From Octopus vulgaris (taxonomy: Eukaryota), in assembly GCA_951406725.2 (NCBI GenBank), contig OX597821.1:104904001-104968000 (forward strand): DNA of 64,000 bases. The letters run 5' to 3'. The notes beneath the pieces were generated by a model that saw nothing but the letters and a program-made list of their open reading frames with translations, ran no database searches and had not been told where the DNA came from. The translations under genes and the position numbers were made by a program. Of this stretch, positions 55,185-64,000 are shown piece by piece. Each line of letters begins with the position of its first letter. The stretch's first letter is position 1.

Positions 55185-55405
55185 CAATAATTCCTCGACC
55201 ATCGCTGGTTTTACGTTCAAAAACTTCCGCGATAAGTAAAACTCCGCGAAGTAGAAACAGTACTGTACTGTATATACTATCTATTAGTTTTATAATTTGT
55301 ATATATCTATTTAATTATAAAGGCAAACCAAAACCTCAGAGGAATTGACATAAGCTTAAATAATTAACCGCGATAGGTGAAGCGCGATATGGTGACGGAT
55401 TACAG
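55185..55405. mobile_element. Tigger/pogo-like MITE
   Basis: TA-CAATAATTCCTCGACCATCGC and GCGATATGGTGACGGATTACAG-TA are imperfect TIRs; subterminal CCGCGATA repeats. Confidence 0.75.
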
Positions 55406-55569
55406 TATATTATTACGCTGTCAATTCTTTCTAACTTTAAATGTATCATTGCACAGATGGTTTTAGGATTTCTCTGCAACTTGACAAAAAGGTCATCGAA
55501 TATGTTGTTTGTGCTTAATAGCACACAGTCGCTATAAAATAACTCTTTCTACTCTAGAAATTTTGGAAG

Positions 55570-55730
55570 AATAGTTAGCCATTCACAACGACCCAAGTGT
55601 TCATCTTGTATATATTTTATCGCTGCCAAAGTTGACTTCGCACTAATTTCAACTCACGGAGTTAAGCTAGCATAAACGCCACTAAGCATCTTGTTCGACG
55701 CACTAATTATACTCGGCAGCTCAACAACAC
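55570..55730 (-). mobile_element. SINE family A, highly diverged
   Basis: CAAAGTTGACTTCG..TAAGCATCTTGTTCGACGCACTAA..GCAGCTC. Confidence 0.5.
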
Positions 55731-56300
55731 TACTGCCGTAATACTATAGGAAACAGAATTATTCACCGAGTGTCAAAATCAACTGCAGATAACAAATCCC
55801 TATTATATCGAACGTGACTGATGGAATATTGTTTCTTGTGATTTTCTGGAGTTTGGAAGCTAGAATGATTCACTATAACAAGTTTATATGCTCTTACATA
55901 GTACACTTGCGTGACATAGTATATATTGAGATTCTATCGGTAAAGAAATAACGACAGATCTTTCTGAATATAAGAAATAATTCTAAGAGAAGACATATAC
56001 ATACAGAGAATGAAACTGAGGCTATTCCTATCAACAAACCATATATTAATATTTTTCCCACAAGATTCGGAATAATTTTCGGTTTTGATGTTTTTCATTG
56101 CATTTGATAAATACGTATTTCTTTTGACGTAAACTAGTGTACGTACGTATATACAGATGCAAACACACTCACAAACGCGCACACATACATATGTATATAT
56201 GTATAGATATATATGCAAACAAATATAAGTATGTATATGTATATATATATATATATATATATACATGTGCATATATGTATATGTGCGGGTGTTTATCTAC

Positions 56301-56418
<118 letters not shown>

Positions 56419-56689
56419 AGAGAGAGAGAGATTTGTGTTTGTGTATTTAAATATTTTGTATCTTCATAACATCCTAAAGCACAGAACACAGGCTACAGCC
56501 TCTAAAAATCTCTTTCCAAGGAGACAGTATTACCAAGTGGAATGTCTTAGAAAACCCTCTGGGGACCGCTTCTGTTTATGGAAGTTCTCTTATAAATGTA
56601 TATGGTACGCAGACAAGCAAAGTTCCTAACCCTGTTGAAAATACCAGATAAGTACCAGCAACCAATGAACATATCGATGTTAAACCAGA

Positions 56690-57395
56690 GAAAAACTTAG
56701 ATGACTTACATAAATGGCCTGCATACATTTCTCCTCTATCACGTAGCGTCCGCTAAAATGCCGCAACAAAGTCAAACACAATGTGTGATCGCGAGGTGAA
56801 TATGAACAAAGACGCCTCGTTTCAGGTACACCTCACGAAGGCGGTGTCAACGATTAGGTGAATGGCCTGGTGGATTCTAAAATCTTTGAGAACAAGCGAC
56901 CAGGAAACTATACTTGTTCTATAGAGGATACTTATTCTCATCCGTCGGGTCTACTGCTCCCAAATGTGGTCACTCCGCAGCAGGGAATTAATAGCGAAAT
57001 TTGAGGTAGTGTAGTAATGTTGCACCGGAAAGTTTTCATGAATAGTAAAGCTGAACTACTGGGAAAGACTGAAACATCTACAGTTGTAGTCCTTGGAGGG
57101 AAAATGTGACACACATGCAGTAAGATACATACAGAAAATACAAGAGGGGTTAGGCACAAGACACGGGGAATTATAAAATCCCTCGCAATGGATGTCACTG
57201 TAGTGTTACAAGGATCCCATCCATCGCGTATAGAGTGAGGAAAACGGACTGCAATAGCTTGCGATTACAACTACCAGAGCTATTTAATTCTTTGTTAAAA
57301 GAATCTGAGAATTTTACCTGCAGCAATATCACATTTCCCTCCTTCAACAAGGATAGCAAAAAGCGATGATAATACAGGCGGTGCTCCAGCAGTTC
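56690..57395 (+). pseudogene. Degraded CR1-clade LINE, RT C-terminus and 3' end
   Basis: MAWWILKSLRT, YCSQMWS and LNYWERLKHLQL*SLE match the CR1 pattern GWILRTF / YCxxLWSP / YWERLxxLxLYSLE. Many stops. Confidence 0.8.
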
Positions 57396-57609
57396 CAGTT
57401 TTTTTTTATGTATAGTAAGTTATATTTCGGGATAGTCTTTATAAAACCTTTTTGCCAAATAAACACATGTACTATATTTTCGTTCTTCACTCGTTTATTA
57501 CTGTTCTTATTTCATCTTCTGTTCATTCGCTGGAAATATTGCATCGCACACCTGTGACCTCTTCAGTGACGCTTTCCGTCCAGATATATCCTTCATGGTG
57601 ACCAGTGAT

Positions 57610-57760
57610 CTGATGCTTGACAACTAATGTTGCTGTCTTGAAGTCGCTGCAACCTAGCACTTCGGCAAAACTAACCAAAAGAATAAGTACAAGGCTTACA
57701 CAGAATAAAGCGATGCTCCAGTATGGCCGCAGTCAAATGAGTGAAACAAATGAAATAATA
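57610..57760 (+). mobile_element. SINE family B 3' part, degraded
   Basis: GCTTGACAAC..AATAAGTAC..TGCTCCAGTATGGCCGCAGTCAAATGA. Confidence 0.7.
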
Positions 57761-58342
57761 AAGGTATACTAGTATATATCAGGAAAAGAAAACAAGGTAG
57801 AAAATTCTAAAATAAATTTTCTCATGAAATGCATTCTTTTCGCCGATTTCATCAGGGGAAAACAAAGGTGGATATTAATTAAGAAAAAAAAAACCCCATT
57901 AATTTGAAGAACAAAAGAAAAGAATAAATGTTTTGTAAATATTTCCATAATCTTCAAATAGGTACCACAGCTACCTTTTTTCTGAATGTGTGTGTCTCTC
58001 TTTTCTCTATGTGAAGGTCCGGTAGCTAGTACCATATCTGAAAATAAAACAAAAATAGTATTTATGGGTGCATAGCAATATTTGGTTTAAGAGTTTAAGC
58101 AGCAGCAGCGAAATGGGAGACAAGGAATGAAGGGAGGAAGAAGAAGAAGAAGAATGAGGAAGAGGAGGATGAGGAGAGGAACAAGAAGAAGTAGAAGTAG
58201 AAGTATATTAAAGGTCTTACTATACCCTTAATATAAATAAATATATTTAAAGGGAATAATTTAAAGAATTTACCTTATGAAGTATTTCACGTTGACTACT
58301 TGATAAATTCTTTTAAAGATTTATCCTATTTTTAAATATATG

Positions 58343-58391
<49 letters not shown>

Positions 58392-58708
58392 ATATGGAGA
58401 GAGAGAAAGGGAAATAGATTGATAGATATATAGATAAATAGATTTATTTATCTTCATAAATATATGAAGTACCACTTTAAATATATCTCGCCAATTATAT
58501 AAATTGCTTTAGTTAAATTGGTATTAGTTCGATAGGATTTGCCTCTAGTGACATAAATTTCCTGGCAGATTGCCTGAAGTAATCACTATGTTTCTAAATA
58601 TAGAATTACTTAGCTGTACATATATTATACGGAGGAAATATTAGCATCTGTTGAGGAAGTATATTACACGACGTGTATTAATAAATTTATATTTTGTACT
58701 ATTCGTAT

Positions 58709-59240
58709 GCAGCGAGCTGGCAGAAAAGTTTTCCCGTCGGGCGAAATACTTAGCGGTGTTTGTTTCGTCCGTCTTTATATTCTGAGTTCCTATTCCGCCG
58801 AGGTCGACTTTTCTTTTCATCCTTTCGGGGTCGATAAATTAAGTACCATTTGCGTACTGGGGTCGATGTAATCGACTGGCCCCTTTTCTAAAAATTTCGA
58901 GCCTTGTGCATAATGTAGAAAAGAATCGTTATCACGCCGGGCGAAATGCTAAGAGGTATTTCGTCTGCCGTTACGTTCTGAGTTAAAATTCCGCCGAGGT
59001 CGACTTTGCCTTTCATCCTTTCGGGGTCGATTAAATAAATATCAGATACGCACTGGGGTCGATATAATCGACTTAATCCGTTTGTCTGCCGTTGTTCATC
59101 CGCTCTGTGTGTAGCCCCTTGTGGGCAGTAAATAAAAACATAAATCCAGCGAGATCGATTTTGCCTGTTTTCTTTTCCGATTCAATGGAATAAGTGGCAT
59201 TTGAGCACTGATGGTGATGTTTTTAACTTACCCTCTAATC
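58709..59240 (+). mobile_element. SINE family A cluster (two subfamilies joined, plus a degraded third unit)
   Basis: Unit 1 with the alternative tail joins unit 2 at AGAATCGTTA near 58922. Confidence 0.85.
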
Positions 59241-59454
59241 GAACCTCCTTTCCTGGTACTAAAATTTGAATCACTATCTATTCTATTCACTGTTACAGGA
59301 TATTTCTGTTAAGCATATAAACAATCGAACAAAAAATGAAGACGATAAAAGTTCGAAAACAAAACAACTAAGGCCCTAGCTGTAGAAATATAATCGAAAC
59401 ATGAATACAGAATGTTCCTTACCTGGTTACTTCAAATACCGAATTACTAATATA

Positions 59455-60765
59455 CAGGTTGAAGCAGAAAAGGCGGATGTTTCGGAAATGGCTCTTACTC
59501 AGCCCTAGCGGGAGGAACATATATCCTGTAGGGACAATTCTGTCCGTGGTGTCTTAGCATGTTTTTTCCTGTCAGGTGAAGCCATTGGCGCTGTGGACGA
59601 TACAGCGTCACATGTTTGCCTACGACAGTTACGTAGAGGATAACGAGTCTGTCGCAGCAGTTCAGTGTGAGCTTTGGTGCCACTTCAACATTCACCTAAA
59701 TTATGCTGCTGCTTCCAGTAACACAGTCTTTTTTTGGATGAATGTACTTCATACACGAGGTATACTAATGAACAGGAGACCGGTGGGGGCGCCAAAATAG
59801 GAACGGACACTGGAAAATATGGAACGCGTTTGAGTCCGAATCGCTCTGCTCGGAAGCATTCCAGTGACCTTGGCGTCGGTAATCGATCGGGAAGGCGTAT
59901 TTTGCATGAAGACCTGCATTTCCACCTGTAAAATTTGGTCATTGGGCAACAGTTAAAACCATGGGACTATGCACAGCGGCTTAACTTCGCACGTCACATG
60001 GAAGCAATTTTTGAGGCAAATAACAAACTCATTTTGTTAATGATTGATGAAGCTCATTTCCATCTCTGGCATCAATGGTGAATCTCAGTGAATCAATAGA
60101 ACTGTCGTTATTTGGCTCTCGAAAATCGAAAGAACTGCACAAAACACAGCTGCACAGCCCAAACGTGACTTTCTAGTGTGGTGTTTGAAAAACAGCCTGC
60201 TATCATTGGTACTTAGTTTTCTGAATGGAAATGGAAATGCTGTTACTGTGGACCCCAAGCGTTACATCGAGAATTGGAAACAACATCTTTGTGTCTGAAT
60301 TACGACGAAAACCTATGCCAGTTCTATATATGTGGTTTCAGATGGATGGGGCGAGGGGTCACACAGCCAGAGCATCAATGGATTTCTTCGCCCTCTCTTC
60401 GGGTACCGCCTCATTTCTGGATTTGTTGAAGTTTCCTGGCATCCTTAGATCCCCTGATTTGTTCAGGTGTGATTATTTCTTGTGGGGAAATGTGTGTATG
60501 CGCATAAGCCGCGGACATAAGACGATGTGAAGGAAGCTATTCACCTGGAAGTCACCGAAATCGATAGAGCCATGCTGGAGAATGCGGAGGGTAACTTTCA
60601 CGAAGGCCTTCAGAAATGCATCAGTGAAGCCGGACACCACATATTGATGTTGATTTCCGCACCCAATTGAATAAGAACATATTGATGTGAATAAAATTTT
60701 GTTGCAACTAAAATTAATGATTTTGTGAAATTTTCAGCAACGTCCGACGTCTCTGCCCCACTCTT
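59455..60765 (+). mobile_element. Near full-length defective Tc1/mariner element, DD41D (rosa/VS)-like
   Basis: TA-flanked imperfect TIRs. WTIQRHMFAYDSY, SPNRSARKHS, RRILHEDLHFH, DEAHFHL, WFQMDGA..HTARASM, RSPDLFRCDYFLWG. Family call rests on motif style because indels blur the spacing. Confidence 0.85.
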
Positions 60766-60827
60766 TACAATATAGATAAAATAGATTAAAGTACTTGATA
60801 TGCATATATACATGCCTGCATACATAT

Positions 60828-60887
<60 letters not shown>

Positions 60888-60901
60888 GGGGGGGGGTGAG
60901 T

Positions 60902-60938
<37 letters not shown>

Positions 60939-61270
60939 GAGGCGCATGACTCAGTGGTTAGAGCATCGAGCGTACGATCGTATAATTGTGAGTTCGAATC
61001 CCGGACCGGGCTGCGTGTTGTGTTCTTGAGCAAGACATTTTATTTCACGTTGCACCAGTTCCCTCAGCTGTAGAAATGAGTTGTGACGTCACAGGTGCCA
61101 AGCGGTATCGGCCTTTGCCTTTCCCTTGGATAACACTGGTGGTGCGGAGAGGGGAGACCGGTACTCATAGGAGACTGCTGATCTTCCATGAACATTCTTG
61201 CCCGGACTTGTGCCTGGGAGGGGAACTTTCTAGGTGCAATCCCATGGTCAGTCATGACCCAAGGGGGTCT
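60939..61270 (+). mobile_element. tRNA-derived SINE family C, full length
   Basis: A-box TGACTCAGTGG, B-box GTTCGAATCC, central GTTCTTGAGCAAGAC..CTCAGCTGTAGAAATGAGT, tail CCCATGGTCAGTCATGACC. Four copies in the window. Confidence 0.9.
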
Positions 61271-63032
61271 CAAAAAAAATATGTATGTGTGTGCATGTCT
61301 GTGCGTGTAATGTAAATATATAAATGTGTAAATATTTAAACGCGTGCGTGTATATGTGTAGTATCACTTCATATTAATGAAAGTATGTTATTCAATGCTT
61401 TAAAAAATACACAGTAAATTGCAGTCATAATGACGTATGTGCTCTTGATGAATTATAATAAAATTGTAAAAAAAAATACTTCTCCAGTGTTAAGCAAGAA
61501 ACACAACAGACACACATATACACACTCGCGTGTGTGTTGTATATATGTTCGAAGACGTGTGTGTGTATATGTTCCTATAGATTCAGTCAACCACGTACAT
61601 ATGTTTTCAGCGATTATTTTGTTACATAACATTTTATATTGAAGAATATATTTACTCGTGCTGTGCTGTAGAATTCATTGGTAACCAGTATCATGTTATT
61701 TAGTCATTAACAGTTGTTTCTTAGTAAACAATATTACGTAGATTGTTTTTAAACATGAAAATGACCAGGCTAATACTTTTACAAATTTCCGTATTCTGAA
61801 TTGCATTGATCATTGGCATTTACATAACTATAACAATAATCTGATTAAAAATGCGTAGAAGAGATAGTGTCTATGATATTCAGAAACTTTTATTGCATCA
61901 ACTATTTAAATTATTTAAAACGAAAAAAGTTTTACGTTATTAAAAACAAATTTATAAGATGAATTGAAAATACCATATTACCTAACGGACCGGCAGTATA
62001 CTATGTTGCCCTCGATCATGTTTTCTCTGGGATTTCACTATTGTACCTTTTTATAACATTCAATGACAAATCTATAATCTTATTCAGAACTACTTCGCGA
62101 AAAACCTCAGAAAATTTACTTTCGGGGCAACCATTTAGCTGGGTACACATCAATCAATAATTTATTGAACAAATATCAATTAGTCATTAATAATTTTCAT
62201 GTTTGGTTGTTGGCCTTTGTTTTTATGGCGCTAGAGTGTAGATCTCAGAGAGACGGAGAGACACATGGCGTACACTTCACTGAACGACAAATAATTTCGC
62301 TCAATCCTGTATCGTAGAAAATTACATCTAAGAAAATGTTGGAATTCTTGTTTAGGTACTTCCAACGTCGATCTAGGGAATAGCATATGAGGAACCCCTC
62401 TGCGCTAAGCCTTCTCATATAACAGATCCAGGCTATTTTATCTGTATCCTCGTAGTTGTTTCAACGGATGTCATTTGCTAATTTAACGTCGTTTAAATTC
62501 TAGATGTGACCGATAATCCCCTGAATATGGTGCTGAACGCCAGTATGACTGGAACAGTGTTGCATGAATTTCAATGTTACTGTGTCGATAGAAGTATTGT
62601 TCATATCGTATTATTTTCCACTGAATGTTAATTAATCTTCGCTTAAGATTCTTTAACTGACACAAGACATATTTTATGTATATGGAACTATTTTGGTTCT
62701 CTTCTAAAGAATAAGATAATAATAATTCTATAGCAGTAGACAGCTTTTGATGGTTTTGATATATTTGTATATATATCATATTTCACCTTTGCGAAAAATA
62801 TTTACATGCATACGTATATAGAGAGATACATCAGATCCGAAGTCAACAGATGCAATAAATCATTGGAACTATGAAAATCTATAAAATTTTCCAGAAGTTT
62901 ATCATTTTAGCATGTCTAGATATACAACTATATGCATTCTTAAAACATTCTAAAAAGACATTCTTAAAACAAAAAGATACAAATCACCATTATACATAGA
63001 TATATAGATACACACATAATATACATACATAT

Positions 63033-63091
<59 letters not shown>

Positions 63092-63140
63092 CATATATAC
63101 ATATATACATACATATATACATATCTCTCTCTATATATAC

Positions 63141-63183
<43 letters not shown>

Positions 63184-63230
63184 CATATATACATATATAC
63201 ATACATATATACATATCTCTCTCTCTATAT

Positions 63231-63280
<50 letters not shown>

Positions 63281-64000
63281 CATATATACATACAAAAATA
63301 TCCTGTTCATGTTGTTAAAATTCCAATAAAGGAGCATTGGATCTATGTCAGAAAGGGGTTGTTTTTCTATTGGCAAGAAATCTTGAAATAAAACTGATTA
63401 ATGACATACATAGATATATACATACATACTTAAGTATGTGTTTGTGTGTGTGTGTGTGTGTTTGTTTTAATAAAAGACAGTTTGCGTATACGGGAAACTA
63501 ACGTATTTTGATGTTTAAAACTACATATATGCGATATTATTATTGCGTCCACAGTCATATAGAGCTTCCTAGTTGAATGTTTCATTATGAGAGGCAAAGT
63601 TAGATAATATCCTGCAAATGTTACAGAGAGAACTTGTGAGGAATAAGGATGTTGCCAGATATCGTCGGTCGTGGAATTTTGTATTTGGACTTTTCCAGAT
63701 GCCTCGTGATCAGTAAGGTGAATAGCAATTCTGCAAAGCATACAGCATGAACTTTAGCATCATATAGTTAAGGAAGTTTGCTGTACCAATTCTGGTTCAG
63801 GAGTGCTCCGAAAATTTCGGAAGAGAGGAAAATATTTATTCTGGAACCGGAGGCATGAATTGAATTCTGGAAAATGAACGTACTCAGTTACCCACCTTGC
63901 CAGGTAATGGTAGGTAACGAGAAGAGAAACACGATTAAGTATATCACTGAAGTAGAGCATGGAAGAATTTGAAGTTAAAATGAAACATCGCAATAGGAAT

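Noticed and set aside
60939-61015. tRNA gene
   Set aside because: A and B boxes run directly into a multi-copy SINE body, so it is a SINE head. The same applies to families A and B.
62483-64000. 98-aa minus ORF and possible LINE endonuclease remnant near 63620-63900
   Set aside because: Only vague similarity; needs a translated search.

Overview
AT-rich, repeat-dominated eukaryotic DNA with no complete protein-coding gene. The dense (AT)n/(GT)n/(ATCT)n/(AAT)n microsatellites and the tRNA-derived SINE families suggest a coleoid cephalopod, probably octopus (inference, not a database result). Most listed ORFs are microsatellite translations. Supported content: three tRNA-derived SINE families (A, B, C); non-LTR fragments of the Tx1/L1, R4/Dong-like (RLE), RTE and CR1 types; Penelope-like remnants with minimal hammerhead ribozymes; decayed Tc1/mariner transposons (two near full-length, one DD41D-type); a Tigger-like MITE; and candidate minus-strand 5' exons of a large host gene. 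Most interesting signals: (1) a Tx1 family whose two copies both sit in (ATCT)n arrays with the same orientation and 3' junction; (2) a ~575 bp non-coding element found only in (AAT)n arrays, with stuttered 5' junctions; (3) SINE-A tandem multimers with a fixed 183-185 bp headless unit; (4) a palindromic Penelope-like element with two hammerheads showing a compensatory base-pair change. All alignments were done by eye; coordinates of degraded copies are approximate.
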